From contig CAVOVB010000003.1 of NCBI GenBank assembly GCA_963699755.1, positions 608,001 through 672,000 on the forward strand: DNA of 64,000 nt, written 5' to 3'. The notes under the pieces were generated by a model. It was not told where the DNA came from and ran no database searches. It saw only the letters and a list, made by a program, of their open reading frames with translations. Source of the DNA: an uncultured delta proteobacterium (GTDB lineage Bacteria; Myxococcota_A; Polyangia; Polyangiales; Houyiibacteriaceae). Positions 8,925 to 20,200 of this stretch are shown in pieces (within the stretch, counting starts at the first letter, position 1; every line of letters starts with the position of its first letter). The translations under genes were made by a program, and so were the position numbers.

Positions 8925-11900
8925 CGAAATCAAAGTACGCGACGAGCTTCCTTTGCGGGTTGCTCGCGATGGCCATTGGGGGCGAGGCAGCAGCGGAGCA
9001 AGCGCCGATGAGCACCGCCCCTATGTGCATTCCGGAAAGCACGGAGCGAGAGATCGCCGCCTGTCCCGATGGTGCGAAGAAGTCGGCTGCGAAGGAAGGC
9101 GGCAGGGCGCCCGTCTCGCGGATGAAGGCCACGGAGCCGAAGAAGCGAGCGCCACAAGGGGCGACTGGCCCGTCGCTTCAGATCGACATGAGCACTCGGC
9201 TGGGTCGAGAGCAGACGCGCGCTAGGGCAGAGAGCTTGCTGGAGAAAGAAATCGCGATCCTCCAGCGCCTCGTAAAGAACAGCGACGAGGACGACCCTCG
9301 ACGGCCCGAAGTTCTCTTGCGTCTCGCGGAGACGCAGTTCGAGATGCAAATCGCGAAGAATGCAAAGGTTCGATCCTTCGACGACCCGGTCTACGAGGCA
9401 TGCACGCGCGACGACGACAAGGCTCGCTGTAAGCAGGCGGTTGACGGGCAGAAGGCGGCTAAGGCCGAGCTCGACAAGATACGCGAGGACAGCATACGCA
9501 CCTACGCCACGCTCGTTCGCGACCATCCGAACTTCGAGCGGATGGACGAGGTCCTGTTTTCGTTGGCCTTTGCGCTCCAAGAGCTCGATCAGTTCGAGAA
9601 GGCGCGTTCGGTCTACCGACGCCTGATCAAGGATTTTCCGAAGAGCCGCTTCGTGCCAAACGCCTATCTCTCCTTCGCCGAGTACTACTTCAACGAGAGC
9701 GACATGGAGTCCGCGGTCAAGTTCTACCGCAAGGTGCTCGAGTTCCCGCCCAAGGAGAATGCGGTCTATGGCTACGCGCTCTACAAGGTCGCCTGGGTGG
9801 AATACAATCGGGAGCGCTACAGGCAATCCTTGCAGGGCTTCGTGGACATTCTCGAGTTTGCCCGCACCAGCAAGTACGCCAATGACGCCAAGAATCTGGC
9901 GAGGCAGGCCCGAAAAGACCTCGTACTTCCGTATTCCAGGTACGGCTCGCCAGGGAAGGCGCTCGACTTCTTCCGTCGATACGCGAAAGACGACGCCCAG
10001 GCCCACGAGATGCTAGAGCATCTGGCCAACCTTTATTTCGATACCGGCCAATGGCCCCAGGCGATTACCGTCTACCACAAGCTCATGGCCGATACGCCGC
10101 GCAGCAACTCGCTCTGCGACTGGCAAACCAAAGTCACCGGCGCGGTGATTTCGTCGAGGGGCAAGGACGAGCAAATCGTCGAGCTCAAGCGCCTCGTCGA
10201 CGTCTATCGAACGTTTACCAAGGGTGGTAAGCCGGCCGACAAGGTCGAGCAGTGCAAGGTCGAGACAGCCACCACCATGCTCTGGCTCGGAACTTCCTGG
10301 CACCGGGAGGCGATTGGTACCGACGCCGCCCCTGGCACCAAGGACAAAAAGACCATGTCGCAAGCTGCGGTGCTCTATCGGACACTGCTCAAAGAGTTCC
10401 CCGACATGGAAGAGATGGAGTTCGCGAACATCGACAAGCGCGACTGGCCGAGCAACTACAAGATTTCGTACTTCTACGCGGAGCTCCTTTGGAAGATGGA
10501 GGAGTGGGGGCAGTGTGGGCCCGCATTTGACCACGTCGTCGAGCTCAACCCGCAGGGCGAGTTCACGAGCGACGCCGCCTACGCCGCCGTGCTTTGCTAC
10601 AACAACCTCTACCAGCAGCAATACGTGCCGCGCGAGACGGAAACCCGATTCGTCAGCAAGAGCAATCAGAGGGCAATCAAGAACGCCAAGGCCCAGCCGG
10701 AGAACAAGTTCGGGAAGAAGAAGCTCACGCCTCTTCAAGAGGGCATGCTCGAGGCCTTCAATCGTTACGTTTGCTACGTCGACAAGGCCGAAGATCTATC
10801 GACCATCAAGTATCGTCGCGCCCGCATCTACTACGAGGCTAACCGCTTCGAAGAGGCTGCGGTGCTCTTCCGCGACATCGCGTTCAATCACAAGGACAGC
10901 GAGCTCGCGGAGTACGCTGCGAATCTGTATCTCGATTGCCTCAACGTCCTGGGGACTCAGATACCCGAGCCGCGAGTCGCCTGCGTGCAGGAGCTGAGCG
11001 CGTCGATTGACCCGATGTCGGCGTCGTACTGCGGAACCGAGCAGCTCAGCGAGCAGCACCCGGACTTGTGCGGGACGCTCGGCACTCTGCAGTGTCAGGT
11101 TCGCCGCAAGGAAGCGGAAACCTATCAGAAGACCCAGCAGTTCAAGAAAGCCGCCTCGACCTACGTTCGAATCTTCCGGCGCCACGAGGAGTGCGGCGAG
11201 ATGGACGAGATGCTCTACAACGCTGCGATCAACTTCGAGGCAGCGCACTTGCTCGGCCGCGCAATCCAGGTGCGAACCGTGCTGATCGAGCGCTACCCGG
11301 AGAGCCCGCTCTCGAAGAAGGCGGTGTACCTGATCGGCCAGAACTTCCAGGCGCTCGCGTACTATGAGCAGGCCGCGAAGTACTACGAGCAGTTCGCCAG
11401 GAAGTTCCCCGGCGAGGACGGTACGAAGTGCACTGCCGCAGAGAAGCAGGACCGCACCTGTCCGAACGCCATCGAAGGCTTGGAGCAGGCGACCTTCTTC
11501 CGCATCGGCCTCGGAGACGACAAGACGGCGATGGAGGACTCTGATCTATTCGCCCGCAATTACAAGCGGAAGCTGCCGCGTCAGACTTCGCAGGTCATGT
11601 TCTCGATCGGCTCGATCTACGAGCGCCAGAGCCGCTGGCCCCAGGTCATCTCGCACTATAAGGAGTATCTGGGCACATACGGCAAGGTCGGGATGCCCAA
11701 TCAGCTCATTCAGGCCAACACGGCCATAGGGCGGGCGTTTTGGGAGCTCAACAAAAAGGCCGAAGCACGGAAGTACTTCCAAGACGCGGTCAAGGGCTGG
11801 ACCTCGGGCGCCCCGAAACGAATCCGCGCGCTCAAGGACACCTCGAACGAGAACAAGATTCTCTATCTCCGTGAAGCGCTCGATAGCGCCGCGGAGTCTC

Positions 11901-12529
11901 AGTTCTACCTGTCGGAATTTGGATTCGCCGATTTCCAGAAGGTTGCGTTTCCGCAATATCGCGGAGGCAAGAGCCTGGCCAAAGTGAAGAAATGGTCCGA
12001 CACGGAGTTCAAGAAGTGGGTGACCCGCAAGCAGAGCGCGCTCCGAGCAGCCGAGGCGGATTACGCAAACGTCGCCAAGATGACCGCTAGCGTCGATGGT
12101 GTTGAGATGAAGTCGGCGCCCTGGCAGATCGCAGCCGCGTCGCGGACCGGCGAAATGTACCGGAGCTTCGTGGACGAGTTCCGCGACGCACCGATTCCAC
12201 GCGAAATCGAGAACGATCCAGGGCTGTTCGACATCTACGTAGGGGCCCTCGACGACGTCTCGGAGCCGCTTCAGCGCCAAGCGATAGACAAGTTCGAGTT
12301 CTGCTTGAAGACGGCAACGCAAGTCCGCTGGTTCAACAAGTGGTCGCGCAGCTGTGAGCAGGAGCTCAACGGGCTCAATCCATCGAAGTACCCGATTGCG
12401 GCCGAGCTTCGAGGCGAGCCCAACTACGTCAAAGCCACCGTCGGGGATCCGGGCGCCGTGGATCTCGGAGCGATCTATCAGCAACGGCTGGATGTGAAGG
12501 ATGCGGTCGCCAAGAGGGAGGAACCCTGA
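8912..12529 (+). CDS. gltD: Gliding motility TPR protein GltD (AgmU)-like
   Basis: 1205 aa exported protein with many TPRs (DEVLFSLAF, YRRLIKDFPKSRFVPNAYLSFAEYYF, YALYKVAW); C-terminal WQIAAASRTGEMY...FNKWS...LN..YP; lies between gltC and gltE. Confidence 0.8.
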   Translation: MYTLAKSKYATSFLCGLLAMAIGGEAAAEQAPMSTAPMCIPESTEREIAACPDGAKKSAAKEGGRAPVSRMKATEPKKRAPQGATGPSLQIDMSTRLGREQTRARAESLLEKEIAILQRLVKNSDEDDPRRPEVLLRLAETQFEMQIAKNAKVRSFDDPVYEACTRDDDKARCKQAVDGQKAAKAELDKIREDSIRTYATLVRDHPNFERMDEVLFSLAFALQELDQFEKARSVYRRLIKDFPKSRFVPNAYLSFAEYYFNESDMESAVKFYRKVLEFPPKENAVYGYALYKVAWVEYNRERYRQSLQGFVDILEFARTSKYANDAKNLARQARKDLVLPYSRYGSPGKALDFFRRYAKDDAQAHEMLEHLANLYFDTGQWPQAITVYHKLMADTPRSNSLCDWQTKVTGAVISSRGKDEQIVELKRLVDVYRTFTKGGKPADKVEQCKVETATTMLWLGTSWHREAIGTDAAPGTKDKKTMSQAAVLYRTLLKEFPDMEEMEFANIDKRDWPSNYKISYFYAELLWKMEEWGQCGPAFDHVVELNPQGEFTSDAAYAAVLCYNNLYQQQYVPRETETRFVSKSNQRAIKNAKAQPENKFGKKKLTPLQEGMLEAFNRYVCYVDKAEDLSTIKYRRARIYYEANRFEEAAVLFRDIAFNHKDSELAEYAANLYLDCLNVLGTQIPEPRVACVQELSASIDPMSASYCGTEQLSEQHPDLCGTLGTLQCQVRRKEAETYQKTQQFKKAASTYVRIFRRHEECGEMDEMLYNAAINFEAAHLLGRAIQVRTVLIERYPESPLSKKAVYLIGQNFQALAYYEQAAKYYEQFARKFPGEDGTKCTAAEKQDRTCPNAIEGLEQATFFRIGLGDDKTAMEDSDLFARNYKRKLPRQTSQVMFSIGSIYERQSRWPQVISHYKEYLGTYGKVGMPNQLIQANTAIGRAFWELNKKAEARKYFQDAVKGWTSGAPKRIRALKDTSNENKILYLREALDSAAESQFYLSEFGFADFQKVAFPQYRGGKSLAKVKKWSDTEFKKWVTRKQSALRAAEADYANVAKMTASVDGVEMKSAPWQIAAASRTGEMYRSFVDEFRDAPIPREIENDPGLFDIYVGALDDVSEPLQRQAIDKFEFCLKTATQVRWFNKWSRSCEQELNGLNPSKYPIAAELRGEPNYVKATVGDPGAVDLGAIYQQRLDVKDAVAKREEP

Positions 12530-13806
12530 TGCGAAGTCAGAAGGTAACGTTCATGGCCATCGCGCTGATCGTGGGCTGCGGCGGCGAGAGCACGAGCTCG
12601 AAGAAGGTAAGCACACCGCCCGCAGACGTCGCGCGAACCGCAGGCGGCGAAGCGATCACGACCGCAGACGGAAATGCCGTGAGCAAGAAGGCGCACAGCA
12701 AGTGGGAGTCGGCCCTGGAGGAGTTCGATGCCAACGAGAAGAGCGGCTGGAATTCGGCCAAGTGCAGCTCATCGTCGAAGTCGTTCCAGAACGCCGCCGA
12801 TGCGCAGGGCGGGGGCTTTGCCGAGGCGGACTACATGGCTGGGCTCGCTCTGTCACGCTGCGGTGACTCCGATGCGTACAGTCACTATGAAGCGGCGCTC
12901 GAGGTCGATCCGAACTTCTGCAAGGCGAGAGTGGCTCTGGGCCTTCGAGACCTCGAAAGCGGCCGGACGTCGCAGGCGAAGTCTGCCTTCGAGCGATCGA
13001 TCAAAGACGATCCCCAGTGCACCTCCGGCTACACCAACCTCGCGATCGTGCAGCGTTCGGAAGGCGAGAGCGAAGAGGCGCTCAAGAACCTCCGGCGCGC
13101 CCTGGCGATTGAGTCCGACTATTTGTCCGCCTTCAATCAGATGGCGCTCCTGCACTACGACCGCGGCCGCAAGGGGAATGCGGCCGAGCTCGACCTCGCC
13201 GAGGTCGTCTGCCGTCAGGCGCAGATGCTCGATGCTGACTACGCGCCCATTTACAACACTTGGGGCCTGATCAAGGTGTACAAAGGCGATGTCATTTCTG
13301 CGCTTCGCTTCTTCCAGAAGGCCATCACGCTCGATCCCGACCTCTTCGAAGCGCAGATGAACTTCGGTGAGGTCACCATTTCCTTCCGCGGATACGAGGA
13401 CGGTCGCCAGGCGTTCGCCCGGGCGGTCGAGCTTGAGCCAAACAACTACGAAGCGGTCATCGGCTTGGGCACCGCCTTGCGCGGACTCGATCGGTTCGCC
13501 GAAGCCGAGGCGCAATACGAGCGCGCCAAGCAACTCGATGCCAATCGACCCGAAGCGTACTTCAACCTCGGCGTCCTCTATCAGGACTACATGTCGGGCT
13601 CTGTCGCTGATCTCAAGAAGGCGAAGGGTTACTTCGGCGAGTTCCTGAAGCGGGCAGGCAAGGAAGCAGAATTCCGTTCGAGCGTGCAGGACGTGAGCAA
13701 TCGCTGCGCGCCGAAGTCCGGCAAGAGCCGCGGCGCAACCAAGTGCAGGCCGGGGCGCATCCAGAACATCGACATCTCGGTGGAAGCCATGCAGATCGCG
13801 GGTTGA
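12529..13806 (+). CDS. gltE: Gliding motility TPR lipoprotein GltE (AglT/CglE)-like
   Basis: Lipobox IVGC; TPR run (ALKNLRRALAI, FEAQMNFG, RPEAYFNLGVLY); TGATG coupling to gltD. Confidence 0.78.
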   Translation: MRSQKVTFMAIALIVGCGGESTSSKKVSTPPADVARTAGGEAITTADGNAVSKKAHSKWESALEEFDANEKSGWNSAKCSSSSKSFQNAADAQGGGFAEADYMAGLALSRCGDSDAYSHYEAALEVDPNFCKARVALGLRDLESGRTSQAKSAFERSIKDDPQCTSGYTNLAIVQRSEGESEEALKNLRRALAIESDYLSAFNQMALLHYDRGRKGNAAELDLAEVVCRQAQMLDADYAPIYNTWGLIKVYKGDVISALRFFQKAITLDPDLFEAQMNFGEVTISFRGYEDGRQAFARAVELEPNNYEAVIGLGTALRGLDRFAEAEAQYERAKQLDANRPEAYFNLGVLYQDYMSGSVADLKKAKGYFGEFLKRAGKEAEFRSSVQDVSNRCAPKSGKSRGATKCRPGRIQNIDISVEAMQIAG

Positions 13807-13815
13807 GGACGAATC

Positions 13816-14085
13816 ATGAAACGAATCATTTCGAGTTTTATCTCACAAGTGCTTGTTTTCATTGCGCTAAATTCAGCGATGTTCCTACTCGCTGGGACGG
13901 TGCAGGCCCAGGACACACCGAGCCCGGAGACGACCTACGACTTCGATGACGACCTGGTGACCGGCGACCTGGTGCGACCTGACGGCGAGCAATTGATCGT
14001 GCGACGCCGCGGGCGTCGGGCGTCTCTAATTCAGATTCGAGAGCATTTTATTCCCGAGATGCTGAAATCTGTGGAAGATTTGTAA
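13816..14085 (+). CDS. gltF: Gliding motility small exported protein GltF (CglF)-like
   Basis: Signal peptide, then YDFDDDLVTGDLVRPDG...SLIQIREHFIPEMLKSVEDL, the CglF/GltF signature. Confidence 0.82.
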   Translation: MKRIISSFISQVLVFIALNSAMFLLAGTVQAQDTPSPETTYDFDDDLVTGDLVRPDGEQLIVRRRGRRASLIQIREHFIPEMLKSVEDL

Positions 14086-14097
14086 TGGGGGATCCGG

Positions 14098-16128
14098 GTG
14101 AGTGAGTCGAGCCACAATACGTCGGTCGCGTTTTCCGTCTACGACGGAGACGAGTTGCTCAGCACTGAGACGCTGAGCCAAGAGATCATCAAGATCGGTC
14201 GTCTCCAGACGAGCGATGTTCGCCTCGATGACGACAAGGTCAGCCGCATGCATGCGGTCATCGAGGTCACGGGTCCGGGCGAGGTGTTCATCATCGACCT
14301 CGGTTCAGCGTCGGGCACGCTCGTCAATGGCGAGAAGATCAACAAACGCAAGCTGCAGACCGGCGACGAGATTCAAATCGGCAAGAAGCGGCTGCACGTG
14401 GACATCATCACCGGGAGGGTGGCGGTGGCCTCGCGCCCGCCGGTTGCAATGGCCGCCGGCGGCGGGCGTGCAACACCGGTCGTCGACGAACGCGCGATGA
14501 GGACGATGCTCGACGAAGAGTCGGAGCCCAGGGTCAAAGCGGTCGCCAAGAAGGCGAGCGAAGAGCCAGAAGAGTCGGGGCCGAAGTTCAATCCCTTCGA
14601 GGTGGGTGCGAAACGCTTTTCGAAGACACCGTTCGCGAATACCGTCGGCGAAGATGGACCCGAGTTTGGCCTGGTGGCGACCGCGCCCGCGGTTCCGAGC
14701 CACGAAATCGAAACCGACGAGCGCGCGATCGAGGTTTCCATCCTCTGGGGTGACCGCAGCGTCTTGAACGTCGACTACCTGACACCGCCGCGCGATTACT
14801 ATGTGGGCGAGCCTGACGTTGACGAGGTCGACTTCGTGCTCGGTCACGACGCCATCGGCGTCGACCGGATGCCGCTCTGCATCGCAGCCGGCGCGGGCGT
14901 CACGGCGATCGTCCCTTCTGACGCGAAGGGCGAGTTCGCGATTGGCGATAAGACCCGCTCCTTCGACCTGATGCGCGGCCAGGGTGATTTTCAGCCGAGC
15001 TCCACCATGGCGGGGGCCCTGGAGTTCCCGGTACCCGAAGGTGGCACGGTTCGCATGAAGCACCGGAACTTTACCTTCATCATCAAAGACGTGAAGGCCG
15101 GCAAGAAGGTCGCGGGACACGCGAAGATGGACATCCGTCCGATGATCTACGTCGCCGGTGCGGCGCTCTTCGCGAGCCTCGTCTTGACGATGTTCTACTT
15201 CCAGCCGCCGCGTCCGCGAGGGCTTTCTTCGGATCTCTTGGCGACAGATTCGCGCTTGATTCAGTTTCTCATGGAGCCCGAAGAGCTCGAAGAGCCAGAG
15301 CCCGAGTGGCTCAATGGTGATGACTCGCAAGGTGGCGGCACCGGTAAGGCCCACGAGGGCGAGCAAGGTCAGATGGGCGACGAAAAAGCCGAAAAGACCA
15401 AGAACAAGTACGGCATTCAGGGGCCGGAAGACAATCCCGACCCCGTCATGGCTCGTCAGCAGGCCGAAGAAAACGCACGGACTGCAGGCATCATCGGGAC
15501 GCTCGCGTCGATGCAAGGCTCGTTCAATGCACCGACCTCACCTTATGGCGCGGACTTCGCGCTCGGCAATGACCCGACCAGCGCACTCGGCGCGATGACC
15601 GGCAACGACATCGGTCAGAACTTCGGATTCGGTGGCCTCGGTCTTCGAGGCACCGGTCGCGGTGGCGGTGGGCTCGGCCAGGGCACCATCGGAATGGGCA
15701 ACTTCGGCACGATCGGTCGCGGTGGCGGCCGAGGTGACGGCGAGGGCGGCTACGGGAGCGGCGTTGGCGGGTTCCGCGGACGCTCGGCTGGTGTGCCTCA
15801 GGTTCGCAGCGGCGGTGCCGAGGTTCGAGGCTCGCTGTCAAAGGAAGTTATTCGGCGCGTGGTGCGACGTCACATCAACGAGGTGAAGTTCTGCTACGAG
15901 CAGCAGCTCAACGCGCGACCCGATCTGTCCGGTCGTGTGACGACGAAGTTCGTCATCTCGCCCACCGGCTCGGTCCAGTCGGCGATGGTAGGCAGCTCGA
16001 GCTTGCGAAACGAAGCGGTCGAGAGTTGCATCGTGAGCGCGGTTCGAAGGTGGACCTTCCCAGCGCCCGATGGAGGCGGCGTTGTGGTCGTGAACTATCC
16101 CTTCCTGCTCGACGCAGCGGGCCAGTGA
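14098..16128 (+). CDS. gltG: Gliding motility inner-membrane protein GltG (PglI): FHA - TM - Gly-rich - TonB_C-like domain
   Basis: FHA (IKIGR...VSRMHA...DLGSASGTLVNG), one TM helix, Gly-rich linker, C-terminal LSKEVIRRVV...CYE..L...PDLSGRV...WTFPAPDGGGVVVVNYPF. Confidence 0.85.
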   Translation: MSESSHNTSVAFSVYDGDELLSTETLSQEIIKIGRLQTSDVRLDDDKVSRMHAVIEVTGPGEVFIIDLGSASGTLVNGEKINKRKLQTGDEIQIGKKRLHVDIITGRVAVASRPPVAMAAGGGRATPVVDERAMRTMLDEESEPRVKAVAKKASEEPEESGPKFNPFEVGAKRFSKTPFANTVGEDGPEFGLVATAPAVPSHEIETDERAIEVSILWGDRSVLNVDYLTPPRDYYVGEPDVDEVDFVLGHDAIGVDRMPLCIAAGAGVTAIVPSDAKGEFAIGDKTRSFDLMRGQGDFQPSSTMAGALEFPVPEGGTVRMKHRNFTFIIKDVKAGKKVAGHAKMDIRPMIYVAGAALFASLVLTMFYFQPPRPRGLSSDLLATDSRLIQFLMEPEELEEPEPEWLNGDDSQGGGTGKAHEGEQGQMGDEKAEKTKNKYGIQGPEDNPDPVMARQQAEENARTAGIIGTLASMQGSFNAPTSPYGADFALGNDPTSALGAMTGNDIGQNFGFGGLGLRGTGRGGGGLGQGTIGMGNFGTIGRGGGRGDGEGGYGSGVGGFRGRSAGVPQVRSGGAEVRGSLSKEVIRRVVRRHINEVKFCYEQQLNARPDLSGRVTTKFVISPTGSVQSAMVGSSSLRNEAVESCIVSAVRRWTFPAPDGGGVVVVNYPFLLDAAGQ

Positions 16129-16337
16129 TCGCCCCGCCAGAGAGCAAAGAAGCGAGATTTCCCGCCGATATCCCTTCTTTCCAGGGCCTGCGCCCACGTA
16201 CAGCGCGGCGCTCCTGGTCTGAAACTGGCCAAAAAGCATGAAACAGCTGAAAAAAGAGCTGTGTTTACGGTTGTTCGCGACCAGACAAATGCTGTAGGAT
16301 TGAAGTGCTTGTGAATTTCCAAGCCTAGGAGGCAAGC

Positions 16338-17207
16338 ATGCGAGCTCAGATGTTCGGGTTTGTGATGGTGGGACTAGTCCTGATGGGCGGCAATTGTTCG
16401 CGCGCTCGCGTCGAGTCGATGAACGAGATGAATGCCGGGGTGGAGCTCGCTCAGATGAAGCGGTTCAACGAAGCCGCGCAGAGCCTCGAGAAGGCGACGG
16501 TCCTCGATCCGACCAACCATCAGGCGTACTTCAATCTCGCAATCGTGCAGATCGAGTTGCGCTCATTCTCCGCAGCCCGCGAAGCGCTCGAGCGAGCCAT
16601 CATCGCGAAACCCGACGCCGCGGGCTACCACGAAAAGCTCGGCACCGTGCTGATCGAGCTCAAGGACTGGAAGGGGGCCCAAGCCGCGCTCACGAAGTCG
16701 CTCGAGCTAGACCCTTCGCTGTTCAAGGCGCACTTCAAGCTCGGGCGCTGCAGCGAGGAGCTCGACGACCCCCAGAATGCGCTCTACCAGTATACGGACG
16801 CGATCAAGACCGGTCCTCGGTTCCTCCCCGCGTACTCCGCGCTTGGCCGGCTCTACGCCGACCTCCGCTACCCGGAGCAGGCCGCTCAAGTCTTGACCGA
16901 AGCGCTCAAAGTGGCGATGCCCGGAACTGAAGAGGAGGCGAACATCCATCACCTCCTAGGCACGGTCTACCAGCAGCAACGCAAGTACGACGAGGCGATT
17001 GCGCAGTTTCAGTCGGCGCTCGGGATCGTCCCGGGGATGAGTGACGCCTTGTTTTCGCTCGGTTGGACCTACGCCCTTCAGGGCAACGACGAGGAAGCGA
17101 AACGCTACCTCGACAAATACGTGATGATGGCGGGTGCAGACGCTCCCGAACACTACCTCAAAGCTGCGCGAGACCGTCTCGCTGAGTTGAGAACCGAATC
17201 GCCGTAG
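16338..17207 (+). CDS. TPR protein, probably exported or lipoprotein, inside the glt locus
   Basis: AGGAGG RBS; hydrophobic N-terminus ending GGNC; about 7 canonical TPRs. Confidence 0.8.
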   Translation: MRAQMFGFVMVGLVLMGGNCSRARVESMNEMNAGVELAQMKRFNEAAQSLEKATVLDPTNHQAYFNLAIVQIELRSFSAAREALERAIIAKPDAAGYHEKLGTVLIELKDWKGAQAALTKSLELDPSLFKAHFKLGRCSEELDDPQNALYQYTDAIKTGPRFLPAYSALGRLYADLRYPEQAAQVLTEALKVAMPGTEEEANIHHLLGTVYQQQRKYDEAIAQFQSALGIVPGMSDALFSLGWTYALQGNDEEAKRYLDKYVMMAGADAPEHYLKAARDRLAELRTESP

Positions 17208-17222
17208 GGGGGCTTAGGCAAG

Positions 17223-20200
17223 ATGTCGGAAGAACAATCGGGGGATGAAGTCCGCGAGCTGACAGCGGCCGAAGAGGCCGAGCTCGAAAAGCTCGACGAC
17301 GCGATCGCGAAGTTCGAGGAACAGAAGCGTTGGTCGGACATGATCCGGTCCATTCTGAAGAAGGCGGAGCTGGTCCAAGCGCCGGCGCAGAAGGCTGAGC
17401 TCTTCCGCCAGGGGGGGGCACTCTATCTCGAACGATCGAGCAACCAGGCCGAGGCGATCAAGTGCTTCGAGCAGGTACTAGAGCTCGAGCCGCAGGACAG
17501 CGATGCGATCGAGCGTCTCAAGGCAATGTACGAGAAGCGCCGCGATTGGGAGAAGCTCATTCGGACCATGCAGCGAGAGGTCGAGCTTCTCTCCGAAGAC
17601 GACCAGCTGCTTCGCTATAGCGAGATGGCCGATCTCGCGACCCAACGCCTACGCAAGCCAGAAGTCTGTATAGAGCTCTGGCAGAAGGTGCTCGAGAACG
17701 ACCCGGAGAACCCGAATGCACTGAACAATCTCGCGCAGCTCTATGAACGCGCGCGCGAATGGGAGCCGCTCGCCGAGGTTTTAGAAACCCTGGTGGACAG
17801 CGAGACGGACGTCGCCTCGATGAAGCAGCAGCTCCAAAAGCTCGGGATGATTTACGCCGACAAGATCGGCAACGACGAGGGAGCCATCGGCGCCTTCAAG
17901 AAGCTGCTCGACCTCGATCCATCCGATCGCCGTGCGCAGGAACAGCTCAAGCGACGCTACGTTTCACTCGGCGCCTGGGACGAGTTAGAGACCTTCTACG
18001 CGGCCAACGAGAAGTGGGACGAGCTGATTCGCATCGTCGAACGGCAGGCCGAAGCCGAGGAGACCAGCGCCGAGGAGCGCATTCCGCTCCTGTTTAGGGC
18101 AGCACGGCTCTGGGAAGACAAAAAGGGCAAAGCCGATCGGGCCGCCCGCGTGTACGAGAAGATCCTCGCCGCAGACCCGGACAACGTTCAAGCTGCCGAG
18201 GCGCTGACGCCGATCTACCAAGAGGCGCACGACGCGCGGAAACTGGTTTCGGTTCTCGAAGTGCGCTTTGCGCATGCCGAGAGCGGCGAGTCGAAGATCG
18301 AGCTTCTCCGCCAGATCGGACACGTGTTTGAAGAGCGCCTGAGGCAGCCCGAAGTGGCGTTCGAACGCTACCTCGAAGCGTTCTCGCTTGCACCGACGCA
18401 CGACGAGGCGCGTGTCGACGTCGAGCGTCTGGCCGAACAGATGAGCGGCTGGGACCGATTAGTGTCCGGTTTCGAGTCGGCGATCGACGCGGTGTCCGAT
18501 CCGCATCAAGCCGTTCCGATTCGACTGAGCTACGGGCAAACTTTGACTCAGCTCAATCGAATCGACGAGGCCATCGACCAGTACGAGCTCGTCTATGGGG
18601 CCGAGAGTGACAATCTCGATGCGATCGGCGCGCTCTCGGACTTGTACGTTCGAACCGAGCGATTCCGTGATCTGCTGGACATCTATGGCCGCCAGATCGA
18701 GCTGGAAGAGGATCCGGATGCCCGGCTGGAAATCACGTATCGCCGCGCGCGGCTATATGCGGAGGCGCTGAACGATCGTGACAAGGCGATCGATGCTTTC
18801 GAGGGCATCATCGACGAGTACGGCGTCGAGCAAAGCGACGCCTCTCGGGAGCTCGAGCAGCTCTACGAGGCAGAGTCGCGCTGGCAGGACCAAGCGCAGC
18901 TCCTCGAGCGCTGCATCGAAGCCGGACCGGAGACTCAGGAAGAGCTGGCGGCGCTCACGTTCCGACTAGGCCGCGTTTGCGAGTCAAAGCTGGACGACAA
19001 GGCGCGCTCGGTGGATCTCTATCGCGAGGTGCTCTCGCTCCTCGCAGAGCACGAGGGCGCGAAGGGCAGGCTCGAGCAACTGCTCGATGACCCGGAAGTG
19101 GCCGCGGAGGCTTCGCGCGTTCTCGAGCCCGTCTACGAAATGAGCGAGGACTGGGGGCCGTACGTCCACGCGCTTCGGGTTCAGCACGGATTCAGCAGCG
19201 TGCCTCGCGAAAGGTTGCAGCTGCTGACGCGTGTCGCCGACACGTACTTCCAGCACATCGGCGATTCAGATCGGGGGTTTGCCTCGCTCTGCGAAGCGTT
19301 CCGCGAGGTGCCATCGGACACGGCAACCCTGCAGCGACTCGAGATGCTCGCGAGCGAGCACGACTCCTTCGAGTCTGTCGCAAAGCTCACCGGCGATCTC
19401 GCAGCCACCGTGGAAGACCCTTCTCTGAGTCGGTCGCTTTGGATCAAGACGGCGCAGATTCACGATTCGCAGCTCGAGAACCAGGAAGCGGCCGTTTCGG
19501 CGTATCGCAAAGTCCTCGAGGCCGACCCCGGGGACTTTGAAGTTCTCGACCTGCTGGATGCGGTCTACCGAGGCGCCCAGCGATGGCCTGAGCTCGTTGG
19601 CGTTCTCCGCGCCCGCGCCGAGGCACATGTGGACCCCGATGAAAAGATTGCAGTGCTCGCCGAGATGTCGCGCATTCACGCAGACCTTCTCGAGGAGACC
19701 GACCAGGCGATTACGCTACAGAACGAAATCCTGGAGCTGGATCCGAGTAGCCGAGATGCCTTGAGTGCGCTCGACGGATTGCTTGCGCGACAAGGTCTTT
19801 GGAGCGACCTCGCCGACAACGTCGAGCGTCAGCTCTCCACGACCGATGACCAGGGCGAACAGACGGCGCTTCTCCTTCGCCTCGCGGAAATACGTGAAGA
19901 GCGAATGGGCTCGACCGAATCCGCTATCGAGATCTACCGTGACGTGCTCGCCAACGACGCCAGCAATCCAGCCGCACTGGGCGCGCTAGAGCGCCTGCTC
20001 GAGTCCTCGGAGCACCAGGCGACGGTCGCCGACATCCTCGAACCCATCTACAAGGACGGCGGGGCATCCGCCCGGCTCGTCGAGGTCTACGAGATTCAAG
20101 CGCACCATGCGATCGCCCCAGAGCGACGCATCGAGCTCTTCCACGAGATCGCCAAGCTCAAGGAGTTTTCTCTGAGCGACTTGCACGGGGCTTTCGAGAG

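Noticed and set aside
15600..15790. GGC/GGT-rich repetitive DNA
   Set aside because: Explained by the Gly-rich linker of GltG, not a DNA repeat element.
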